Assembly (NCBI GenBank): GCA_949299615.1
Contig: CASGBM010000001.1
Span: 8,280-72,279, forward strand
From: an uncultured Eubacteriales bacterium
Lineage (GTDB): Bacteria > Bacillota > Clostridia > UBA1381 > UBA9506
Length of the DNA stretch: 64,000 bases
Reading direction: 5' to 3'
Of the stretch, positions 1-9,000 are shown piece by piece. Both the position numbers and the translations under genes were made by a program. Position 1 is the stretch's first letter; each line of letters opens with the position of its first letter. The notes beneath the pieces were generated by a model that saw nothing but the letters and a program-made list of their open reading frames with translations, ran no database searches and had not been told where the DNA came from.

Positions 1-30
1 GAAGACGCAGATTCTAAAATCAAAGCGGAA

Positions 31-411
31 ATGGCAAAAGACACCTATATTACAGCCGATGGATGGTCTTTATATTCGCCCGATTTGGATACGGAAAATG
101 AGAAAATGTTATTTTACGATTTTTATTCGCAGCGGTATTTTACTTCTACTGCTGCGGCCGTGATTAACGCCCAGTATCATTTGAACCGGAATCTGATATT
201 AAAAGGCGTAGTTTGGTTAAACGATTACTATGAATTTTTAGGGATTGACCTCACAGAGCAAGGAGACACAGTTGGATGGAATATGGAAGATTTTTTAGAC
301 GACGGCATTCAGTGGCTGGATTTTGAGAACGAATATACGGTGCTGGAGGATGGGTTAAAATGCTGCATTATTTCTTTTGCTTTTGATCCGAAGCCTTTTG
401 ATGTCGAATGA
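31..411 (+). CDS. Phage hypothetical protein; C-terminal-domain paralog of 991..1815 and 3160..4107 (frame open to nt 1, possibly 5'-truncated by the window)
   Basis: VWLNDYYEFLGIDLTEQGDTVGWN aligns with ISLNDFYYEVGLGDTKMGDDLGWN (991..1815) and LFLNEVYERLGIPMTKAGQIVGWV (3160..4107). No stop between nt 1 and 31 in this frame. Confidence 0.6.
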   Translation: MAKDTYITADGWSLYSPDLDTENEKMLFYDFYSQRYFTSTAAAVINAQYHLNRNLILKGVVWLNDYYEFLGIDLTEQGDTVGWNMEDFLDDGIQWLDFENEYTVLEDGLKCCIISFAFDPKPFDVE

Positions 412-467
412 TAGGGAAGCAAAATACGCAAAAATTACAAGCTATATTATGAAAGGAGAAATGTTTT

Positions 468-632
468 ATGATAAATAAAAATTGGATTAAAGTGATTGGA
501 TTGGCGGCAACCGCAATCGGTTTTGGGGCAACGCTCTTAACGGATTGGGTGAACGACAAAAAAATGACGGAAGAAATTAATGTAAAAATCAGTGAAGCAT
601 TATCTAAGATAAGTGGGACAACGACGGATTGA
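468..632 (+). CDS. Small membrane protein (54 aa; below ORF-track cutoff)
   Basis: ATG 468 preceded by GAAAGGAG. MINKNWIKVIGLAATAIGFGATLL has one hydrophobic helix. Stop TGA 630-632. Confidence 0.45.
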   Translation: MINKNWIKVIGLAATAIGFGATLLTDWVNDKKMTEEINVKISEALSKISGTTTD

Positions 633-969
633 GCCGGGTGCATCGGCTCTTTCTTTTTGTTTTGGAGGCGGTAGTATCAACGAATTGGCTGCGGCAAAAC
701 TGGTCGGATTTATCGAAGAGCATTTATTTGCTCCGGAGGCGTCTTGGGACCAGCATCAATTTGAAAAAAGGTCTTATCAGAGGTGGGCCGCGTTTGAACT
801 GCTGGAAAGAATCATGGACCATCCGTTTGAAGAGCCGGAAATGCTGGTGGAAGAATTTATAATTACGGCGGGTTTCTATTCCGGTATGAACGCGGATTCC
901 AAAACAGGGTTTCTATTTGAAACGGCAAAGGAAACGGCGGAGGATATTTTACAATTATTTCATGCGTGA
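613..969 (+). CDS. Phage hypothetical protein (start codon uncertain)
   Basis: 118-aa ORF co-oriented in the early operon; no recognisable motif. Confidence 0.45.
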   Translation: MGQRRIEPGASALSFCFGGGSINELAAAKLVGFIEEHLFAPEASWDQHQFEKRSYQRWAAFELLERIMDHPFEEPEMLVEEFIITAGFYSGMNADSKTGFLFETAKETAEDILQLFHA

Positions 970-990
970 TAAAGAAAGGAGAAAGGAACA

Positions 991-1815
991 TTGGAAAAGT
1001 GGAACATGGCAAAGACGGTAAAAAATATTCGGCGTGCGGTCAGCAAGCACAGTCCGGAAATTTTAACGGGGATCGGGATCGCCGGGATGGTTACGACTGC
1101 TGTGATGGCGGTGCGGGCGACACCGAAAGCTCTTATTTTAATTGAAGAGGAAAAAGAAAGACAAAACGATGAGTTTTTAAGAGAGGCGTGTGAGAACGGG
1201 AAAGAAGAGTGCGCACGGATTGAGAAATTAAAACCGCTGGATTTAATAAAAACAACATGGGTCTGTTATATTCCTTCGGCGGTGGTAGGAGGATTGGCAA
1301 TCGCATGTCTGATCGGGGCAAGCTCTGCGAATTTAAGAAGGAACGCGGCGCTGGCAACCGCTTATGCCTTATCGGAATCAGCGCTGAAAGAGTATCAGGA
1401 AAAAGTGGTGAAAACGATCGGCGAGAAAAAAGAACAAGCGGTAAGGGATGAAATCGCAAAAGAGAAACTTCAGAAAAACCCGGTTGTCAATCAGGAGGTC
1501 ATTATCACCGAAAAAGGAAACACACTGTGCTTTGACGTGATTTCGGGCCGGTATTTTAAATCGGATATAGAAAAGCTAAGAAGGATTGAAAATGAATTAA
1601 ACAGGCAGATGCGCGATGAAATGTATATTTCCTTAAACGACTTTTATTATGAAGTCGGACTCGGCGATACGAAAATGGGGGACGATCTTGGGTGGAACAT
1701 CAATGAAGGATACATTGACTTGAGCTTCAGTTCCCAGCTGGCGGAAGACGGGACGCCTTGTCTCGTGCTCGATTACCGGATTGCGCCGAAATATGATTAC
1801 CGGGAATCGATATAA
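991..1815 (+). CDS. Membrane-anchored phage protein, paralog family member
   Basis: N-terminal KHSPEILTGIGIAGMVTTAVMAVRATPKA matches KHSPEILVVAGVAGTVVSAVMACRATTK of 3160..4107. The C-terminal LNDFYYEVGL..GDDLGW domain is shared. RBS AAGGAGAAAGG lies upstream of TTG 991. Confidence 0.65.
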   Translation: MEKWNMAKTVKNIRRAVSKHSPEILTGIGIAGMVTTAVMAVRATPKALILIEEEKERQNDEFLREACENGKEECARIEKLKPLDLIKTTWVCYIPSAVVGGLAIACLIGASSANLRRNAALATAYALSESALKEYQEKVVKTIGEKKEQAVRDEIAKEKLQKNPVVNQEVIITEKGNTLCFDVISGRYFKSDIEKLRRIENELNRQMRDEMYISLNDFYYEVGLGDTKMGDDLGWNINEGYIDLSFSSQLAEDGTPCLVLDYRIAPKYDYRESI

Positions 1816-1891
1816 TACGCGAAAAAAACAAGGTATTTAATGGAAGAACTAACTAATGAACATGATACATATTTGAAAGGAGAAAACAAAA

Positions 1892-2146
1892 ATGGAAGCA
1901 AATGAAAAAATGGTTAGCGAAGAGGTTTTAGAAACTGCGGAAGAAATGGTGACAACTAGTTCCGGAAAAGGGCTTAAAGTAGCTGCGGGGATCGGTTTGG
2001 TCGTACTTGCGGGCGTATTAGCTTATAAGTATGTGGCAAAACCGGTCATTGCAAAAATCAAAGCCAAGAAGGAAATGGAAATCTCCCATGTCAACGTGGT
2101 GGAAGCCGATGCTGATGATTTAGAAGAAGAACAGGAAGAACTCTAA
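1892..2146 (+). CDS. Small membrane protein with acidic C-terminus
   Basis: RBS AAAGGAGAAAAC; hydrophobic segment GLKVAAGIGLVVLAGVLAY; followed by a terminator. Confidence 0.55.
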   Translation: MEANEKMVSEEVLETAEEMVTTSSGKGLKVAAGIGLVVLAGVLAYKYVAKPVIAKIKAKKEMEISHVNVVEADADDLEEEQEEL

Positions 2147-2173
2147 TCAACAAAAACTAAGTTAGGAAAAAGG

Positions 2174-2212
2174 GAAGACGCTTAATACAAAGCGTTTTCT
2201 CTTTTATTTTTT
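2174..2212 (+). terminator. Rho-independent terminator
   Basis: 9-bp stem GAAGACGCT(2174-2182)/AGCGTTTTC(2191-2199), 8-nt loop, then a T-rich tail. Confidence 0.6.
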
Positions 2213-2223
2213 AAAAGGAGGCA

Positions 2224-2832
2224 ATGTGGATTGTGGAAGAATATAAATCAAACTCCCATAAAGCAAAAGAGGCAATGAGAGAAAAAGTCCCCGAAAAGAA
2301 AATTGAAAAAGTGATTACCGGAACGGCCCGCACAAGGAAGAAAAACGGCATTGAAAAATTGGCCCGGGTGTTTATGCCCGACGATGTGCAGGACGTGAAG
2401 TCTTATATTCTAATAGACGTGCTGGTTCCGATGATCAAGGACGCGGCGATTGATATTTTAAAAACCTTGTTTTATGGGGAATCCAGTTTAGGACGTAAAG
2501 GTTCTGCGGCTTCTAAAATATCCTACCGGAATTATTACGACCGTGAAAGCGACCGGAAAAGAAATTACAGCTCCTCTGCGCTGCGTTCCCGGTACGGCTA
2601 TGACGATATCGTATTGGACAGCCGGGGGGAAGCGGAAGAAGTTCTTCTGCGGATGGACGAGCTGATCGATTCGTACGGAGTGGCGAGTGTTGCGGATTTA
2701 TATGAACTGGTCGGAAAAACAGGGGACTTTACTCACAACAAGTATGGATGGACGGATATTCGCAGCGCGTCGGTTGTCCGCGTGAGAGACGGATATTTGC
2801 TGAAATTCCCGAAGGCAATGCCGCTGGACTAA
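2224..2832 (+). CDS. Phage hypothetical protein
   Basis: 202-aa ORF with RBS AAAGGAGG; no recognised motif. Confidence 0.55.
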   Translation: MWIVEEYKSNSHKAKEAMREKVPEKKIEKVITGTARTRKKNGIEKLARVFMPDDVQDVKSYILIDVLVPMIKDAAIDILKTLFYGESSLGRKGSAASKISYRNYYDRESDRKRNYSSSALRSRYGYDDIVLDSRGEAEEVLLRMDELIDSYGVASVADLYELVGKTGDFTHNKYGWTDIRSASVVRVRDGYLLKFPKAMPLD

Positions 2833-2848
2833 AGAATGGAGGGATTTT

Positions 2849-3163
2849 ATGAAAACAGAAGAGTTGGATAAATTTGCTAGGGCCTTTATAGCTGCAAGTG
2901 ATATTCCTACGTTTCCGGAAGAAGATCTTGTGAATCATCCGCCGCACTATAAATCGGAAACGGGATTGGAGACAATCGACGTGATCGAGGCGTTTACCTT
3001 TGATTTAAAAGGCATTGAAGCAACGGATACAGCGAACATCATCAAATATATTTGCCGGTGGAAAAAGAAAGACGGGATTCGTGATTTGGAAAAAATCTTA
3101 TGGTATACAAAGCACCTAATCAATCATCTGAAGAAAATGGAAAAGGAGAATGAAAAACAATGA
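2849..3163 (+). CDS. DUF3310-like phage protein
   Basis: VNHPPHYKS..GLETIDVIEAF...IIKYICRWKKKDGIRDLEKILWY matches my recollection of the DUF3310 pattern (HPxHY, IE.ID, KY..R..KK, DL.KA..Y). Confidence 0.65.
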   Translation: MKTEELDKFARAFIAASDIPTFPEEDLVNHPPHYKSETGLETIDVIEAFTFDLKGIEATDTANIIKYICRWKKKDGIRDLEKILWYTKHLINHLKKMEKENEKQ

Positions 3164-4107
3164 ATAAAATGGAGATAACAAACCGTTTGGGAAAGACATT
3201 CTATAAAGCAAAATTTATTTTACAAAAGCACAGCCCGGAAATATTAGTGGTTGCCGGGGTCGCCGGGACGGTTGTGAGCGCGGTGATGGCGTGCCGGGCG
3301 ACGACCAAGATAAACGGCATATTGGCGCAGACCAAGATAGAAGTGGATCAGATTCACGAAGCGGAAGAAACGCGTCCGGACGAGGAATATTCTGATGACG
3401 ACTGCAAAAAAGATCTGGCGATCGTTTACGTCCAGACCGGGATTAAATTTGCAAAGCTGTACGCCCCGTCCGTAATACTCGGGGCTTTGTCCATTACCGG
3501 GATTTTAGCGTCCAACAACATATTAAGAAAAAGAAATGTCGCGCTTGCCGCCGCGTACACCGTTGTGGACAAAGGCTTTAAGGAATACCGCAGCCGCGTG
3601 GTGGAACGGTTCGGCGAAGAAGTTGACAAAGAGCTGAAATATAACATCAAAGCAAAGAAATTTGAAGAAACGGTCATCGACGAGGGAAGCGGGAAAGAAA
3701 AGAAAGTGAAAAAAAGCGTAAATGTGGCCGACCCGAACGAGCACAGCGATTATGCGCGGTTCTTTGATGAAGCGAGCCGAAATTGGGAGAAAAACTCGGA
3801 GTACAATTTAATGTTCCTGCGCGCGGAGCAGAATTATGCAAACGACCGCCTGCGGGCAAGAGGATATTTATTCTTAAACGAAGTTTACGAACGTCTGGGG
3901 ATCCCGATGACAAAGGCCGGACAGATTGTCGGGTGGGTGTATAAACCGGATGATCCGGAATTTAAAGGCGATAATTATGTTGACTTCGGGATTTATGAGA
4001 TTGACCGGGAGAGGAACCGGGCGTTTGTGAACGGGTATGAGCGTTCCATCCTTTTGGACTTTAACGTGGACGGGCCGATCTTAGATTCCATACCGATGGA
4101 AAGATGA
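3160..4107 (+). CDS. Membrane-anchored phage protein, paralog family member
   Basis: Same N-terminal TM motif and C-terminal domain as 991..1815. Confidence 0.65.
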   Translation: MNKMEITNRLGKTFYKAKFILQKHSPEILVVAGVAGTVVSAVMACRATTKINGILAQTKIEVDQIHEAEETRPDEEYSDDDCKKDLAIVYVQTGIKFAKLYAPSVILGALSITGILASNNILRKRNVALAAAYTVVDKGFKEYRSRVVERFGEEVDKELKYNIKAKKFEETVIDEGSGKEKKVKKSVNVADPNEHSDYARFFDEASRNWEKNSEYNLMFLRAEQNYANDRLRARGYLFLNEVYERLGIPMTKAGQIVGWVYKPDDPEFKGDNYVDFGIYEIDRERNRAFVNGYERSILLDFNVDGPILDSIPMER

Positions 4108-4156
4108 ATCAATGATATTTTCCGGCGGCGGAAAAACTATATTTAAGCTGAAAGTA

Positions 4157-4169
4157 CCCCCCCCCCCCC
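4157..4169. repeat. C13 homopolymer tract (intergenic)
   Basis: 13 consecutive C, followed by ATCTTGTGGGCAGGGG, 43 nt upstream of the ATG at 4212. Confidence 0.95.
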
Positions 4170-4211
4170 ATCTTGTGGGCAGGGGCCGAAACGAGGAAGG
4201 AGTGAAAAACT

Positions 4212-4316
4212 ATGATGAGTAATATGCTGACTTTTGTATCCTGCGGGCTCGCAGCGATGGCAGGCATTTGCTTTGTCGGTGGAATCGCCGTTTTATCAGG
4301 AGGAAAGGAGAAATAA
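4212..4316 (+). CDS. Small hydrophobic peptide (34 aa; below ORF-track cutoff)
   Basis: RBS GGAAGGAG upstream; MMSNMLTFVSCGLAAMAGICFVGGIAVLSGGKEK; stop 4314-4316. Confidence 0.4.
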   Translation: MMSNMLTFVSCGLAAMAGICFVGGIAVLSGGKEK

Positions 4317-4319
4317 GAA

Positions 4320-4502
4320 GTGGACGGTTTGGAACATTTTATATATGCGATCGACAACATGCTTGACACCAAGAGAAAGCGGCACATTATCGGCGGTATT
4401 TTAATGAGCATTTCTACGCTTCTTGGCGGGCTGGCGATCACTGTGATGACAATTAGGAATGAAAACTATGAAGACGACGAGGAGTTGGAAGAGTATGAAT
4501 AA
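4320..4502 (+). CDS. Small membrane protein with acidic tail
   Basis: GTG start after AGGAGGAAAGGAG; TM segment HIIGGILMSISTLLGGLAITVMTI. Confidence 0.45.
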   Translation: MDGLEHFIYAIDNMLDTKRKRHIIGGILMSISTLLGGLAITVMTIRNENYEDDEELEEYE

Positions 4503-5064
4503 ATTCGGAAGCGTTGCCGCGTTTGTAATCGGGGCTGCGGCTGGGTCGGCCGTGACGTGGGTGTATGCAAAAAATAAATATGAAGCGCTCATTCAGGAAG
4601 AAATCGATTCGGTGAAAGAGCATTTTCAAAAAATGGAGCAGGAAAGAAAAGAAGAGGACAACCGGGAGGAAGAAGCGAACGGATATGTGAAAAAAGACGC
4701 CGGCGTGGTCGACTATATGAAAAAAATAGAGGAGAAAAAATATGGAGACGCGCTCGGCGGAAAGGAGGCGGAAACCGTGAACAAGCCTTATGTGATTTCT
4801 CCGGACGAATTCGGGGAAAAAGACGAGTATGAACAGATCAGCCTGACATATTATTCGGACGGGGTTTTGGCTGATGAGGACGACGAAATCGTGGAAGATG
4901 CAGACAGCGTGATCGGAGAAGATTCGCTGGAACGGTTCGGGGAGTATGAAGAGGATTCCGTATTCGTAAGGAACGACCGGCTAAAATGCGACTATGAAAT
5001 TTTAAAAGACCAGCGGAATTATCCCGGGCCTTTTTACAAACATACGGAACGGGTGGATGATTAA
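4495..5064 (+). CDS. Phage protein with YtxH-like N-terminal helix and acidic C-terminal half
   Basis: ATG 4495 overlaps the upstream stop (ATGAATAA). MNKFGSVAAFVIGAAAGSAVTWVY resembles YtxH-type N-termini. Confidence 0.5.
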   Translation: MNKFGSVAAFVIGAAAGSAVTWVYAKNKYEALIQEEIDSVKEHFQKMEQERKEEDNREEEANGYVKKDAGVVDYMKKIEEKKYGDALGGKEAETVNKPYVISPDEFGEKDEYEQISLTYYSDGVLADEDDEIVEDADSVIGEDSLERFGEYEEDSVFVRNDRLKCDYEILKDQRNYPGPFYKHTERVDD

Positions 5065-5612
5065 TGACGAAGAGCGAGTTGAACAACGAATATTTAGAAT
5101 GGATGTATCAGCTCGTATGTGATGAACGGTATGCAAAACGTCCGTCCTATCGGAAATTGTTTTCTTATCTGCACCATATTGATTTTACATATCGGATTGG
5201 GATGGATGGGAACCGGTCGGAAGATGGGATGGACCTTAGGTACCGTTTTGGTTATGAAAAATCATATAAGAGCCCTATGATTGCTGCTTTTCTTGATGAC
5301 CGGCCTTGCAGTGTTTTGGAAATGCTGATTGCGCTTTCCATCCGCTGCGAAGAGATCATGGCCGATTCAGATGTCGGCGACCGGGTTGGACAATGGTTTT
5401 GGAATATGATTGTAAATCTCGGTTTGGGTTCTATGAACGACTCAAAATTTGATAAGGGCTATGTAGACGAAGTGATATCTAAATTTCTGGACCGGCAGTA
5501 CAGCCCGACCGGAGAAGGCGGACTGTTTACGGTCAGGCATTCCAGATATGACATGAGGTCTGTCGAAATTTGGTATCAGATGTGCTGGTATTTAGATGAG
5601 ATATTGCAGTAA
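5064..5612 (+). CDS. Phage hypothetical protein
   Basis: 182-aa ORF, start overlaps the upstream stop (TAATGA). Confidence 0.55.
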   Translation: MTKSELNNEYLEWMYQLVCDERYAKRPSYRKLFSYLHHIDFTYRIGMDGNRSEDGMDLRYRFGYEKSYKSPMIAAFLDDRPCSVLEMLIALSIRCEEIMADSDVGDRVGQWFWNMIVNLGLGSMNDSKFDKGYVDEVISKFLDRQYSPTGEGGLFTVRHSRYDMRSVEIWYQMCWYLDEILQ

Positions 5613-5624
5613 CAGGAGGACGAT

Positions 5625-5831
5625 ATGGTACATTCAGAAGTTTATGAAGAGTTTACATCCATATTTGCAGATTTGGTGCATCGTGTGCAGGATTGGTACC
5701 CGAACGGGAAGAACAGCATCCGCATACAATGCGCGGACAAAAAAGAATATATTTTTTCAATCGAAAGCGAAGAAAATTGGAAATTTGAGACGGTGTCCAG
5801 TTTCATCAACAATCTGAAAGGGGGAATTTGA
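5625..5831 (+). CDS. Phage hypothetical protein
   Basis: RBS AGGAGG 8 nt upstream of the ATG. Confidence 0.5.
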   Translation: MVHSEVYEEFTSIFADLVHRVQDWYPNGKNSIRIQCADKKEYIFSIESEENWKFETVSSFINNLKGGI

Positions 5832-5832
5832 T

Positions 5833-6066
5833 ATGGATGAAATGATACGGTATGTGTTCAGGAACATGAAAGAAACCGATATGACTTTAAAAATGATGAA
5901 AAAAATCCTTGCGCGGCAATCGAAAATAAACAGCGCGGTCAATCTGTCCATTACGGCTTTTGCGGTCTGCCTCATCATCCTCGAACGGAAAAGGGCTGAG
6001 CAGGACAAAAGGATAGAAGCGCTGGAAAAAAAGATGAGGGAGCGAAAAACTGCGGAAGGAGCATAG
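5833..6066 (+). CDS. Small membrane/coiled-coil protein
   Basis: RBS GGGGGA; TM segment AVNLSITAFAVCLIIL. Confidence 0.5.
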   Translation: MDEMIRYVFRNMKETDMTLKMMKKILARQSKINSAVNLSITAFAVCLIILERKRAEQDKRIEALEKKMRERKTAEGA

Positions 6067-6073
6067 GATTTTG

Positions 6074-9000
6074 ATGATTGACTTTTTAATGATTGCGACG
6101 CGCAGTACGAAGCGTGATGTAATAGAAATCTATCCAAAATTCATTATCAAAAAAAGTTCCGACTTGATGATTCGGGGCGGCGACTTCTATGCGGTATGGT
6201 TGGAAGAACGCGGGTTGTGGTCGACGGATGAACAGGACGCATTGCAGCTGATTGACCGGGAACTGGACCGGTATGCGGAAGAAAACAGCCAAAAATTTGA
6301 ATCGGGGGTCCGCATTCTGCATATGTGGGATTCGGAATCCGGTATGATTGACCGGTGGCATAAATATTGCCAGAGCCAGATGCGGGATTCGTTTCATATG
6401 CTGGATGAGAAAATGATATTTTCAAACACCGAGACCAATAAAAAAGATTACGCAAGCAAGAGGCTCCCTTATCCTCTGGAAGCCGGGGAGATCGCCGCTT
6501 ACGATAAACTGATGTCGACTTTATATTCCGAGGAGGAACGGAGGAAAATCGAATGGGCGATCGGTGCTGTTGTAACCGGGGATTCGAAAAAGATACAGAA
6601 ATTTATGGTTTTATACGGAGCTGCCGGGACCGGTAAATCAACGGTCCTAAACATCATTCAGCAATTGTTTGAAGGATATTATTCCGTATTTGACGCGAAA
6701 GCGCTCGGCTCTACCAGCAACGCCTTTGCTTTGGAAGCGTTTAAAAGCAACCCGCTTGTGGCGATCCAGCATGATGGGGATTTGTCTAAAATTGAAGACA
6801 ACACGAGGCTCAACAGTTTGGTATCGCATGAGCTCATGACTGTGAATGAAAAATTCAGATCCACTTATTCCAACCGGTTTAAGTGTTTTTTATTTATGGG
6901 GACAAACAAGCCGGTAAAGATAACGGACGCAAAGTCCGGTTTGATCCGGAGACTGATCGACGTTTCGCCGTCCGGGAATAAACTGGGCCCGAAAGAATAC
7001 AAAAACATCATGAAACAGATCGGTTTTGAGCTCGGGGCGATTGCGTATCATTGCAGGGAGGTATATTTAAGCAATCCCGGGCAGTATGACGATTATATTC
7101 CGATCACAATGCTGGGCGCGTCAAACGATTTTTATAATTTTATCGTCGACTCGTATCATGTGTTTAAAAAAGAAGACGGAACCACATTAAAAGCCGCTTG
7201 GGAGATGTACAAAACGTACTGCGACGAAGCAAAGGTCGCCTATCCGTTTTCGCAAAGGGTGTTCAAAGAAGAACTGAAGAATTATTTTCTGGAATACAAA
7301 GAGCGGTTTAATCTTGACGACGGTACAAGGGTGCGAAGTTATTATTCCGGATTCCGCACAGAAAAATTTGAGCAGCCGGCAGACGAAAAAAAGGAAGAAC
7401 CGGCGGCGTTGATTCAGCTTGACAGTACGGGATCTATATTTGACAAAGAATGCGCCGGATGTTATGCGCAGTATGCAACAGAAAGGGAAACACCGTCAAA
7501 AAAATGGGGAAAAGTGACGACAAAGCTTTCTGATATAGATACATCCAAAATACATTATGTAAAAATACCGGAAAACCATATTGTTATTGATTTTGATATT
7601 CCGGATGAGAACGGAAATAAATCATTTCAAAAAAATATGGAAGAAGCGAGCAAATGGCCCCCTACCTATGCGGAGCTCAGCAAAAGCGGAAACGGGATCC
7701 ACCTGCATTATATTTATACAGGGGACGTATCAAAGCTGAGCCGGGTATACAGCGACCATATTGAAATAAAAGTGTTTACGGGGGAAAGCTCGCTTCGCCG
7801 GAAGCTGACAAAATGTAATCGCTTGCCGATTGCAAAAATCAGTTCAGGTCTGCCAACGAAAGGAGAAAATAAAATGGTTAATTTTGAAGGGGTGAAAAGC
7901 GAAAAGGCGCTTCGAACGCTGGTAAAAAGAAACTTGAATAAGGAAATACACCCCGCGACAAAACCGAGCGTCGATTTCATCTACAAAATTTTAGAAGACG
8001 CTTACGCGAGTACGCTGAAATATGATATTTCCGACATGCGGAACGCGGTACTTGCGTTTGCGGCGAGCAGTACACATCAGGCCGATTATTGCATTAAACT
8101 TGTAAATAAGATGCATTTTAAATCGGCAGAGTCGTCTGTTAGCGTAAAAAATGACGATTCCAAATTGGTCTTTTATGACGTGGAGGTTTTTCCAAACCTG
8201 TTTTTGGTGAACTGGAAAGTCGCTGAGGATTATTCGCCGAAAGATTTTCCAACTTGGGACGCATATATACATAAATTGCGGACGAATCATAAACCTATCG
8301 TACGGATGATTAACCCAAAGCCTGCGGAAATTGAAGAACTGATGCAGTTCCGTCTGGTTGGGTTTAACTGCCGGAGGTATGACAATCATATTCAGTATGC
8401 CAGACTGATGGGCTACACAAACGAACAGCTTTATTCGCTCTCGCAGAAAATAATATCACAGAGTGCCAACTGTTTTTTTGGAGAGGCATACAATGTCTCT
8501 TATACGGACGTTTACGATTTTTCAAGCGAGAAGCAGTCGCTGAAGAAATTCGAAATAGAGCTCGGCCTGCATCATAAAGAACTGGGGCTTCCATGGGACA
8601 AGCCGGTTCCGGAAGAACTGTGGACGAAAGTCGCCGAATACTGCGACAATGATGTTTTGGCGACGGAAGCAACATTTAATGCAAGAGAAGCTGATTTCAC
8701 AGCGAGGCAGATTCTGGCGGATGTGGCTGGGATGAGCGTCAACGATACGACAAATTCGCTGACAACGAGAATTATATTTGGCAAAAACCGGACGCCGCAA
8801 GATCAGTTCCGATATAGGAACATGGGGGCCTTTCCGGAAGACGGCCGGGTCTATCATTATACCACAACAAAAGATTTGGTGCTTTACGACCGCTTTGAAG
8901 AGGGGAATTACACCGTCTTTGACGAACATGGGAAACCGATCTTTCCGGGGTACAAATATGAAAACGGGAAATCGACGTACCGCGGAGAGGAAGTCGGAGA

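Noticed and set aside
368-643. 91-aa minus-strand ORF at the start of the window
   Set aside because: It overlaps two co-oriented plus-strand ORFs that have RBSs, and it has no signals of its own.
4109-4441. 110-aa minus-strand ORF spanning the poly-C tract
   Set aside because: The translation contains GGGG from the homopolymer and runs antisense to three RBS-supported small plus-strand ORFs.
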